From assembly GCA_020773975.1 (NCBI GenBank), contig GCA_020773975.1_3638.1: a stretch of 64,000 nt of DNA. The stretch is one strand, 5' to 3'. A model generated the notes under the pieces. That model searched no databases. It was not told where the DNA came from and worked only from the letters and a program-made list of their open reading frames with translations. Each line of letters starts with the position of its first letter. The first letter of the stretch is position 1. Of this stretch, positions 56,213 to 64,000 are shown one piece after another. This DNA comes from a phage. Both the position numbers and the translations under genes were made by a program.

Positions 56213-57517
56213 CTACTTACCAGGGAAAGTCTCTTCATAAAACTTAACAAGACGTTGATCAACGATAATATCTTTATCCCTGATCCTACGTAATAACCTT
56301 AATCCTTTTGCACTTGTTGCTCTGCTAAAAGCCACGTATGCCATGCCTGGTGCAAAAGTCCCATTGCCAAAGTCAACATTAACTTCCGGTAATGTTAATC
56401 CTTGTGCTTTGTGTATTGTAACAGCCCACCCAAGACGAATCGGCAAAGCCCTGTACTCACCAATGATAATCTTCTCAATTTCTTCAGTTATTGTACCATC
56501 TGGGTTTTTCACCTTTATGGGGTTATACTCAACATTTTCCCACACATAAGGTTCTACGTCAACAATATCACCATTCTCAAGGCGGACTTTAACACTGTAT
56601 TTACGTAGTTCAACAATCTCCCCACGGGAACCATTCACATAACTTGGTTCATCCAGACCTCTGGGGTCATTGACAGTAATCATCACCTGCGCCCCCTCTT
56701 TCAGATATAACTCTTCAGGTACAGGTGTCTGGTTAAATTGCCCTGTCTTTTTTGCCTTGTAAACTGTTGGGATTCCAGGTATTGCATCAAAACGTTTTTT
56801 GTTTATTTTGTCTGCTGCCGCGTTTGTTGAGGTTATTGTTATAGCATCCAAGGGTTTTCCCATGTTGTAGCAATAAGTATTCATAAACTCAACAATCTCT
56901 GGAATACGCTCTCCCTTGCGAAGGCAATTAAGAAGTGTTGAAAAATGAACACTACTTTGCCTGTATATTTTATCAAGAAATACAGGATATGGGTTCAATT
57001 CTTTCCATGTTTTAGAAAAGCAACAAAGTTCTGTGTCGTGGAACTGGTAGTAGATCTCTTTTTCTTCACCTTTCAAAACAGGTGGATTCTGTAAGAAATC
57101 CCCGAACATGCACACCTGCAAACCACCGAAAGGCTCTTTAGGTTTTTTACGTGCCAGACGACATTTCATGTCCATTTCCCAAAGTTTGTCTGCCCTGAAC
57201 ATACTTATCTCTTCAATAATAAGAATCTTCAGTGCTTTACTTTTAAGCAACTTCTTAGCCTTTGCCTTTATCTCTTCTGCATCTTTTTTAGTGGACACGC
57301 CTAATGAAAGTCCGAAAGCTCTGTGTGCCGTCATACCATCCACATTAATGGCAGCAGCCCCTGTAGGGGCCACTGTCAAGACTGAACCTGCGTATAAGGA
57401 TTGGATAGTTTTTATGGTATGGCTCTTTCCAGCACCTGCATAACCACTGATAAACACATTTTCACCGGACATTATAGCGCCAAGAGCTTCTTCAACGCCA
57501 ACCCCGTATTGAGACAT
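56213..57517 (-). CDS. SF1B DNA helicase (Dda/RecD-like)
   Basis: Walker A GYAGAGKSH, GDFLQNPPV, C-terminal AVTIHKAQGLT and YVAFSRA motifs. Confidence 0.65.
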   Translation of the reverse strand: MSQYGVGVEEALGAIMSGENVFISGYAGAGKSHTIKTIQSLYAGSVLTVAPTGAAAINVDGMTAHRAFGLSLGVSTKKDAEEIKAKAKKLLKSKALKILIIEEISMFRADKLWEMDMKCRLARKKPKEPFGGLQVCMFGDFLQNPPVLKGEEKEIYYQFHDTELCCFSKTWKELNPYPVFLDKIYRQSSVHFSTLLNCLRKGERIPEIVEFMNTYCYNMGKPLDAITITSTNAAADKINKKRFDAIPGIPTVYKAKKTGQFNQTPVPEELYLKEGAQVMITVNDPRGLDEPSYVNGSRGEIVELRKYSVKVRLENGDIVDVEPYVWENVEYNPIKVKNPDGTITEEIEKIIIGEYRALPIRLGWAVTIHKAQGLTLPEVNVDFGNGTFAPGMAYVAFSRATSAKGLRLLRRIRDKDIIVDQRLVKFYEETFPGK

Positions 57518-58530
57518 CAGTCCTCCTTAGATTCTTGTAGATAAATCTCTTCAAGAATTTTACCCTGTACACCAATGACAATAATATCTGGTGCACCTGC
57601 TGGTTTTGGTGTTCCTGTCAGAACTTCATAACGACAGCAACGGCATTTTTTCTGGTTATAGTCATAAGGGACACTGACAATATCTGCCGGATCCACAGAT
57701 ACTTCTACAAGTGCCCTTGAAGTCTTCTCAAAGGTAGCGGCATAGTCAATAGATGCAACATGCAAACCTTGGCTACATGTTCTATTGGGATTATCCTCAA
57801 CCATATTACGTGGCATGGAAATCACTTGCCCTTTATAATTAGGAACTTTACCTGTATGACAATCTCGTGGGCCATCTACAGTTATCTTAATTTTCTTGTA
57901 TGCCTTAATATTTCCGTTTTCAAGGATCTCAAGATCATTATGTTTTACAAAATCATAAAGCATTTTAACAGAAGCATACGACGGGTTGTGTAGCAACTTC
58001 TGCATGAATTTGACATATCGTTCGTCAAAGCAATCATTCTCAATATCTTTAATGATTCGTTTAGCAATACTGCTTTCCTGTTTTTGACCGTGCCAATATA
58101 AAACGTTATCTATCAATACTAAATTATCACCAAAATCAATGGTCTTTTTCTTTTCTGCTTCTTTCTCTTCCAAAATACGTTGTACAGCAGCATCTATTCC
58201 TCCTGTCCAAAGGATAACACCAACTTCTTTGAAGATGGGGCTGCTACTATTTAGAGTATATTGTTCACCATTTAACAAAGTGATATGGATATTGTCTTGG
58301 GTAACAAGGACAATTGGTTGTGCAAGAGTATGCACTGGCTTCATAATACCTACAGGATCTTCCTTAGCCTTTTTGGTTGTCGGCATTCCTTTTTTGGGTG
58401 CAACTGTCCAGCGTTTAAGAACATTTAGACCACGATCAACAACCACCATATTATTTTTCTTAGCGTATTCACGAGCTTCACGACGTGACATGAATAAAGG
58501 ATTACTCACCTTTTTCTCCTTTGCTGTCAA
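57517..58530 (-). CDS. putative rIIB-like protein
   Basis: Assigned by adjacency to and co-orientation with the rIIA-like gene, and size (337 aa); no independent motif. Confidence 0.35.
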   Translation of the reverse strand: MTAKEKKVSNPLFMSRREAREYAKKNNMVVVDRGLNVLKRWTVAPKKGMPTTKKAKEDPVGIMKPVHTLAQPIVLVTQDNIHITLLNGEQYTLNSSSPIFKEVGVILWTGGIDAAVQRILEEKEAEKKKTIDFGDNLVLIDNVLYWHGQKQESSIAKRIIKDIENDCFDERYVKFMQKLLHNPSYASVKMLYDFVKHNDLEILENGNIKAYKKIKITVDGPRDCHTGKVPNYKGQVISMPRNMVEDNPNRTCSQGLHVASIDYAATFEKTSRALVEVSVDPADIVSVPYDYNQKKCRCCRYEVLTGTPKPAGAPDIIVIGVQGKILEEIYLQESKED

Positions 58531-60514
58531 TAAATTTACGATACTCTAGCATCTCTGGAGTATTGAAATGCCTAATATTAATGTATTTTAACAATGGGTA
58601 ACGATCTTTCTTAATCTGTAGTAGCTTTTTCCCAATTCTCTTCTTGGCCTCTATCATCCTTAATGCTTTCTCACGACTATCTTCGTAGCCAGGAACTGAC
58701 CAATAACTGGGTATGTTTACCTTCATCTCCCATTTTGGGAAACTAGCTACCATCACACCAAAATAGCTAAGCTCTTTAACAATGTTATGATACTCATGAT
58801 CTTTCCCCACTTCTTGATATAAATGATATTCAAGAAGGTTAGTTTTTGCAAGAGCATGAATATCCTCCTCAGTTATAACCCGTGCCTCATCTGGCAGCCA
58901 ACTTGATCTGTTTAAAGGCACAATATATAACTTACCAGCTACACCAAGATTCTTAAGAAATGTTGGTGGTTGCTTTCTCCAAGATGTTCTAAGATTTGTT
59001 CTAAGATTGGAAACGTATCCTAACGGGCATAATCCTTTCACCTGCCCACCCCAGTAGACCATAGCCGCCTCAATATCTTCAAACTGAGCACGGGAAATGC
59101 GGGTTACATCTACGGAGCCATCTTGGTTGATTATCCAAACTTTATGACCCGGTTCGTAATAACCATAGCCACCATACTTTTTATCTGCTTTTTGCACTGG
59201 TCGTTTTTCAAGTTCAGATAACTTGAAAATCATCCCTTCAAAGAATTTATCACTGTATAAGGACAGAGCGTAATCAGCATCGGTTATAAATGATCTCTTA
59301 CCAAACTTCTCTGCGAGCCAGTTACATTTAGAGCGCACATACTTGTGATCATCATTGTAAACCAGTGGATGACCATTCATCAACTCTGCGTATGAATATC
59401 TCTCATCCTTACCACGGCGTGATCCTTCGCCACCATATGTTTCACAGTAATCTATGTAAGAACCATCAGTATAATTCTTGAACTTATTTGCAATAAAAGC
59501 AGCACCGTACTTTGTAGCGAAGTACCCGCCAATAAACTTCATATGATCAAGAACTGCTTTTAACGTTGGCAGATCGCTTAATTCTTTTGTGATTTCTTCT
59601 CCGCGAAGTCGGATAGCTTTCGTCACAAAACTTTCAAGTTTATCACGAAATCCCCCGTCATTCTTTCCTTCTACTGTCCACTCCCTGCCAGGATCTACAT
59701 TACAATCCCCAATAGGGATAGATACCGTCATCATAGGCAGTTCTTTGCGAGTAGAGAGATAATCAGAGAGATATGGTTGTTGCCCCATGATGACAACACT
59801 ATCAGCGTTTCTTGAAATGCTACTATACATCTCAAGAACCCAGCCAGTCTCCTCATCCTCATACCGATACTGAACAGGATAAGTGCGATCTTCAATCTGA
59901 GTTTTAACAAAAGGATCGTTAATAATATATGGGAATTTGGCATAACGAAGGCATTTTACAATAGCCTGTCGATAAGCTCCTGTTTCCCAAGTGTTTACGT
60001 TAAATTTAACCTCTACACCATTCTCCTCTGTTGTTTCACAACAGAATAAAGGTACAACCTCTGGTATTCCGCTGTTTTTGTGAACAGAGTATGTTGTTTT
60101 CACTCCATCTTTAACAGAAACAACTGTGAACATATCTGTTACTGCAAGAGGCGCTTTTGACCCAATACCTTTCGCGCCAATCAGATCATTACTGTTTCTT
60201 TTTGTGGACTTACCAATCATCATGAATGTACGTGTTACCATCTCATGATCCATACCTAACCCTGTATCCTTAACAGAATACCAAGGTTCCAAGTCTGTTG
60301 GTGAGTGGATGATGATGGGTTTATCAGAACACCCTGCCTCTGTATGAGCATCTACAGCGTTGAAGAGAGGCTCTCGTACTGCTGCCAAAGGTTTATCTTT
60401 ATAAATTCCATCGATAAGAATACTGAAAGTCTCAGGATTCATTGCAATTGATGCTTGGTATCTTTCTACGTTCCCAGTTACCTGAACTTTGTTGTCAGAT
60501 CTTTGAATAATCAT
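58502..60514 (-). CDS. rIIA-like protein with N-terminal GHKL-type ATPase motifs
   Basis: N box LFNAVDAHTEAG, G1 box VKDTGLGM, G2 GAKGIGSKAPLAV; 670 aa. Confidence 0.55.
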   Translation of the reverse strand: MIIQRSDNKVQVTGNVERYQASIAMNPETFSILIDGIYKDKPLAAVREPLFNAVDAHTEAGCSDKPIIIHSPTDLEPWYSVKDTGLGMDHEMVTRTFMMIGKSTKRNSNDLIGAKGIGSKAPLAVTDMFTVVSVKDGVKTTYSVHKNSGIPEVVPLFCCETTEENGVEVKFNVNTWETGAYRQAIVKCLRYAKFPYIINDPFVKTQIEDRTYPVQYRYEDEETGWVLEMYSSISRNADSVVIMGQQPYLSDYLSTRKELPMMTVSIPIGDCNVDPGREWTVEGKNDGGFRDKLESFVTKAIRLRGEEITKELSDLPTLKAVLDHMKFIGGYFATKYGAAFIANKFKNYTDGSYIDYCETYGGEGSRRGKDERYSYAELMNGHPLVYNDDHKYVRSKCNWLAEKFGKRSFITDADYALSLYSDKFFEGMIFKLSELEKRPVQKADKKYGGYGYYEPGHKVWIINQDGSVDVTRISRAQFEDIEAAMVYWGGQVKGLCPLGYVSNLRTNLRTSWRKQPPTFLKNLGVAGKLYIVPLNRSSWLPDEARVITEEDIHALAKTNLLEYHLYQEVGKDHEYHNIVKELSYFGVMVASFPKWEMKVNIPSYWSVPGYEDSREKALRMIEAKKRIGKKLLQIKKDRYPLLKYINIRHFNTPEMLEYRKFIDSKGEKGE

Positions 60515-60534
60515 TCAATACCTCTATGAACTAA

Positions 60535-61080
60535 TTATGCGTCAGGATGCTTGTAAAAAATATGATTCCCAACCTTCACTGTTTTCACCATGACTTTTGC
60601 CCAAGATGGCCTAACAGTAGTTGCATGATAGTACGTTGCTGATTTTGTGTAGTCAAGAGCCTTGTATAAACTTTTGTGGTCTTTATGCAATCTCATCAAG
60701 ATTTTAGCATAAAATTTAGCTCTTAACCACCTATCCTTTTCATAGACTTTAAAGGATTGCCCACCGAATGTCCAAGAGAATTGCCCCGGCTGGTAAACTA
60801 CTTTCTTGATAGTATGCGGGAAATTCTTGTCATCTTTTCTATTCAATGTGACAAAAGCGACACCCATCATTCCATAATCACCTTCTCCTCTTCCCTCTTT
60901 ATACAAGTTACAGGCAAGAATATTAAGCTCTGTATCATTCTTCTTGCAAATGTGAAGAACTTGGGGCTTCTTTGCACTTTCTTTGGCTAGAACAGGGGTA
61001 ATAGACAGAGAAAGTGCACAGCAAACTGCAAATAATAAAGATCTTATTTTCAAAACTAACTCCAGACAAATAAGCCCCAT
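60535..61080 (-). CDS. cell-wall hydrolase (SleB/CwlJ-like) with N-terminal signal-anchor; candidate endolysin
   Basis: ORF track 60535..61155 trimmed to internal Met (MGLICLELVL...); catalytic region ILACNLYKEGRGEGDYGMMGVAFVTLNR...VVYQPGQFSW. Confidence 0.55.
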   Translation of the reverse strand: MGLICLELVLKIRSLLFAVCCALSLSITPVLAKESAKKPQVLHICKKNDTELNILACNLYKEGRGEGDYGMMGVAFVTLNRKDDKNFPHTIKKVVYQPGQFSWTFGGQSFKVYEKDRWLRAKFYAKILMRLHKDHKSLYKALDYTKSATYYHATTVRPSWAKVMVKTVKVGNHIFYKHPDA

Positions 61081-61094
61081 AAAGGGGCTTTCTG

Positions 61095-61436
61095 TTAACG
61101 ATGGGTAATATCTCCAGATACTGTGTTTACACTTCCATGGATTGTATTTGCGCAAACATCGCCAGACACCGAAGACACATTGCCTAAGATATCTTTTTCA
61201 ACATTAATATCCCCAGATGTTGAGATCACACCATTAGAGACATTTCCATAGACATTGATACCACCTGATGTTGTACGTACCTCTTTAGCATCACCTTTGA
61301 TAATAACTGTGATGTTTTTATCGTTTGTGGTATGAACTAAATCACCATTGATATAGACATTATCACCCTTAGTGGTGATAGAGATACTACCATTGGTATA
61401 GTTTCCAGAAATTGTATTACCATTAATCGTAATCAT
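61095..61436 (-). CDS. beta-helix repeat protein (bactofilin-like repeats)
   Basis: ORF track 61095..61547 trimmed to internal Met (MITINGNTISGN); tandem degenerate G-x-[IV]-x-[VI]-x-G repeats. Confidence 0.35.
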   Translation of the reverse strand: MITINGNTISGNYTNGSISITTKGDNVYINGDLVHTTNDKNITVIIKGDAKEVRTTSGGINVYGNVSNGVISTSGDINVEKDILGNVSSVSGDVCANTIHGSVNTVSGDITHR

Positions 61437-61611
61437 TGTTTTGTTTCTCTTTAACAATAGGTGCTTTCTGAACAGAGTATACAAATGTTTTATTGTCTTC
61501 AATAAACTTTCTGCCCTGTTCTTCATCTTCAAAAATAATTGTGTCACACTTTGCCTTTAACATACCACGTTCTACAGTTGTGTGTGTCGTAGAAACAATT
61601 AAAGCCATCAA
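61423..61611 (-). CDS. hypothetical small protein (62 aa)
   Basis: ORF track. Confidence 0.3.
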   Translation of the reverse strand: MMALIVSTTHTTVERGMLKAKCDTIIFEDEEQGRKFIEDNKTFVYSVQKAPIVKEKQNNDYD

Positions 61612-62642
61612 GACACCTCGTTAAGTTGTTCCATGTACCAACTACGGGCTTTATTTGTTGTAAATTTTGCCACGTCTTTCATAGAAAGAGAATTGGCTTC
61701 TAACACATCTGCTTCTTCTTTGTTGATATCGCGGTTAACCCATGCGATAAATGCCCCCAGAGATGCGATGTCCAATCCAATTTCTTGCAACCCTTGTCGT
61801 AAACGGTTCTCAGTAACTGCATACTCCACAAAATCTTTGATAGATTGCAGTTTCACAGGATCAACAGCAGCCAGGGTTTTCACTTTAGAAACAGAATGTT
61901 TTTGCCCTTTCACTTTAAACCAAAGTGCAGAAACATGTGCCAAGTGGCGATCTTTAGGTGTCCATACCACACCCTCACCAACACCAGATACGCCAAAATA
62001 TTTACCTACTGGACACTCTTTTTCCACACCTTCGGTAATCTGTGCAATTTCTGATTGCACTGTCTCTGGCATGTTAAAAGGAATATCCAGTTCCCACTTA
62101 CCAAAAGTTAAAATATTATAAATACGTTGTTCTGGTAATCCAATGCCAAGAATATCGTTTAAAGCTAACCATTTCCGATGGTCATTCTCTTTTCCTACTG
62201 CCACACGGAAAATAGTAAAGAAAGGCATGATTTCAGATACCGCAACACCTTTCTGGATACCTTTCCCTGCAAATTCCCCAGCGATTTCTACTGGGAACTT
62301 AAATTCAATACCACGATCTTCGCAGATCTGTTTGACTTGCTCCAACAGGCCTTTAGGGTCTTTTTCAACCATAAAGGCCATAAACCCATAATTATCTTCT
62401 TCCAGAGACAAAACGCGTTCTTTGGACTGGTATACAACCTCATTTTCAGAATTAAAGACTACACGGCAATTAGTCCCGTGAATTTTAACTGTTCCTACAT
62501 AAGGAATGAGATATTGGTCTGGAGAGGCAACCTTACGCTTTATATTGCCATTCTCATCACGACCATCATAAGTCAGACGGTCATTAACCGCTCGGATAAC
62601 ATTGCGAAATTGACTAGTGCTTGGGTACTTAGTTGCTTGCAT
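61608..62642 (-). CDS. ATP-dependent RNA ligase (Rnl2-like)
   Basis: Nucleotidyltransferase motif I KIHGTN, motif III AGEFAGKGIQK, motif IV EGVVWTP, motif V WFKVKGQKH; about 344 aa. Confidence 0.6.
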   Translation of the reverse strand: MQATKYPSTSQFRNVIRAVNDRLTYDGRDENGNIKRKVASPDQYLIPYVGTVKIHGTNCRVVFNSENEVVYQSKERVLSLEEDNYGFMAFMVEKDPKGLLEQVKQICEDRGIEFKFPVEIAGEFAGKGIQKGVAVSEIMPFFTIFRVAVGKENDHRKWLALNDILGIGLPEQRIYNILTFGKWELDIPFNMPETVQSEIAQITEGVEKECPVGKYFGVSGVGEGVVWTPKDRHLAHVSALWFKVKGQKHSVSKVKTLAAVDPVKLQSIKDFVEYAVTENRLRQGLQEIGLDIASLGAFIAWVNRDINKEEADVLEANSLSMKDVAKFTTNKARSWYMEQLNEVS

Positions 62643-63015
62643 TACTATCTTCCTTATTAATAAAAGTCACACCAAGAGTTGCCTGGGCAAGAAGTTTCGT
62701 GATCTCCTGGCTCCATACAGGACTGGAGATAAAATGTTGTAATTGGAGGCTACCTAAGCGATAGGCGCTGTTCATCGTAATAGCATAGATCTCCCCATCG
62801 TGCATAATCAGACTTTCGACAACAGAAGTCCTGATATTAGAACCACTAAATCCACGCTTTTTGAGGTCATCTGCTAAGTATCCGCAGATACAACGCACAT
62901 CTTTTGTATCACCAAAACCGAAATAGGGTTCAGCACCAAACAGGATACCAGCGTATCTCTTCCCACAGACATAAGTATCTTTAGATACGCCTGTTACAGA
63001 TTTACTTTCCATCAT
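62629..63015 (-). CDS. hypothetical protein (128 aa)
   Basis: ORF track; overlaps RNA ligase start, suggesting translational coupling. Confidence 0.3.
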   Translation of the reverse strand: MMESKSVTGVSKDTYVCGKRYAGILFGAEPYFGFGDTKDVRCICGYLADDLKKRGFSGSNIRTSVVESLIMHDGEIYAITMNSAYRLGSLQLQHFISSPVWSQEITKLLAQATLGVTFINKEDSNASN

Positions 63016-63197
63016 TGTCCCTCCACATCGTCAATATCTTCCATACCATCTTGCCACAGAACTTCATAGCAAGCGTCATAAATTGCGCTCATAGCATCTT
63101 TACGATCTAACACATCTACAATTTTTGGATCAATACTTTTAATTGCTTCCGCAATTTTATCGTAAGCAATATCAGGATGCATGTTCTCTTTTGCCAT
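63012..63197 (-). CDS. hypothetical acidic protein (61 aa)
   Basis: ORF track. Confidence 0.25.
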   Translation of the reverse strand: MAKENMHPDIAYDKIAEAIKSIDPKIVDVLDRKDAMSAIYDACYEVLWQDGMEDIDDVEGQ

Positions 63198-63780
63198 CTG
63201 GGATCTCCTCTTCGTTTAAGACATAAATTGTCACATCACAATCATGGAGAACAGATTCTATCATAGTTTCTATGATTTTCCAATCCCCACCTGCTAGTCC
63301 AGCACCTATTTTTGGCAGCCCGATCTTATAATCAGACATAAAGCCATCTGTGTGCCTTTGCAAACAATCTCGCATTGCTGCTAAAGAATCGTAAAGGGCG
63401 TTATAATTCAGATCCCTCACACCCATTCTACGCCCATTATATCCGTATTGTGTGTACAGATTAAAACCCGCCAGCTTACCTTCGTTCATGACAGCCCAAG
63501 TATAACTGCCCAGTTTTGTTCGATCACCTTTCTCTGTCTTTAAATCTTCAGCATACATTTTTGGGAATGTATTCTTTATTTCTTTAGCAATTCCAGACCC
63601 CATGGTGCAAAATGTATTACAACCATGAGCTATCACATTAACATCCCTTTTAAGTGCTGCCTCTATTAAGCAACCAACTTTATACTTAAGCATTGTCTGA
63701 TACCTCTTCGCATTCGTATGGATAGATATCCAGTCTTTTCCCATTCCATTCGCAAGAGTAACACTCAAGAAAACTACCAT
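63172..63780 (-). CDS. macro-domain protein (ADP-ribose binding/processing family)
   Basis: DVNVIAHGCNTFCTMGSGIAKEI and IGLPKIGAGLAGGDWKII align with macro-domain glycine-rich motifs. Confidence 0.5.
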   Translation of the reverse strand: MVVFLSVTLANGMGKDWISIHTNAKRYQTMLKYKVGCLIEAALKRDVNVIAHGCNTFCTMGSGIAKEIKNTFPKMYAEDLKTEKGDRTKLGSYTWAVMNEGKLAGFNLYTQYGYNGRRMGVRDLNYNALYDSLAAMRDCLQRHTDGFMSDYKIGLPKIGAGLAGGDWKIIETMIESVLHDCDVTIYVLNEEEIPDGKREHAS

Positions 63781-63868
63781 TAAATATTTCTTCTCTTACT
63801 TCAAGAATATCTCCTGTTTTTGGATATCCATCAACATCCGAAAAATCAGAAATCATTTTAACCTTCAT
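63686..63868 (-). CDS. hypothetical small protein (60 aa)
   Basis: ORF track. Confidence 0.25.
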   Translation of the reverse strand: MKVKMISDFSDVDGYPKTGDILEVREEIFNGSFLECYSCEWNGKRLDIYPYECEEVSDNA

Positions 63869-64000
63869 TCACAACTCCTTTCAAGGAAGGCATTCATACT
63901 TTCCAATGCCTCGCTTTTATTTTTAGCACAAACAACAAACACACGCTTATTTTTATAGGTGTATCCTGCCATGACCATATCGGATCTTTCAACCCACCAT

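Noticed and set aside
61633-62660. ORFs 61633..62121 and 62178..62660 on the + strand
   Set aside because: Antisense to the RNA ligase gene, which has complete catalytic motifs.
1-64000. Integrated prophage or integrative element
   Set aside because: No integrase, repressor/cro pair or attachment-site repeats recognised; gene content (tRNA array, rIIA/rIIB-like, own polymerase and primase-helicase) indicates a virulent phage genome.

Overview
This 64 kb window reads as part of a virulent tailed dsDNA phage genome (AT-rich, roughly under 40% GC by eye; myovirus-like, probably with an enterobacterial host), with no integrase and no CRISPR array. Layout: (1) 250-3200, an array of about 13 hand-folded tRNA genes interspersed with small ORFs and an HNH endonuclease; (2) 3370-5400, a tRNA-nucleotidyltransferase-like gene and a spanin pair; (3) 5495-38730 on the + strand, the late module: large terminase (interrupted by an intein and by group I intron-like sequence carrying an HNH endonuclease), portal, scaffold, major capsid, tail fibre with Tfa chaperone, sheath, tube, tape measure, baseplate and further fibres; (4) 38917-63870 on the - strand, early/replication genes: family A DNA polymerase split by a compact group I intron, primase-helicase carrying an intein, Dda-like helicase, rIIA/rIIB-like pair, SleB-like cell-wall hydrolase, Rnl2-like RNA ligase and a macro-domain protein. 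The points most worth a second look are the multiply invaded terminase, two homologous inteins in unrelated genes, introns sharing sequence blocks across terminase and polymerase, a tRNA-maintenance toolkit with two tRNAs whose body and anticodon do not match canonical rules, and two GC-rich segments that look horizontally acquired. All calls come from reading the sequence and ORF track by eye; no searches or computations were run, and tRNA folds, exon boundaries and GC contrasts need tool confirmation.
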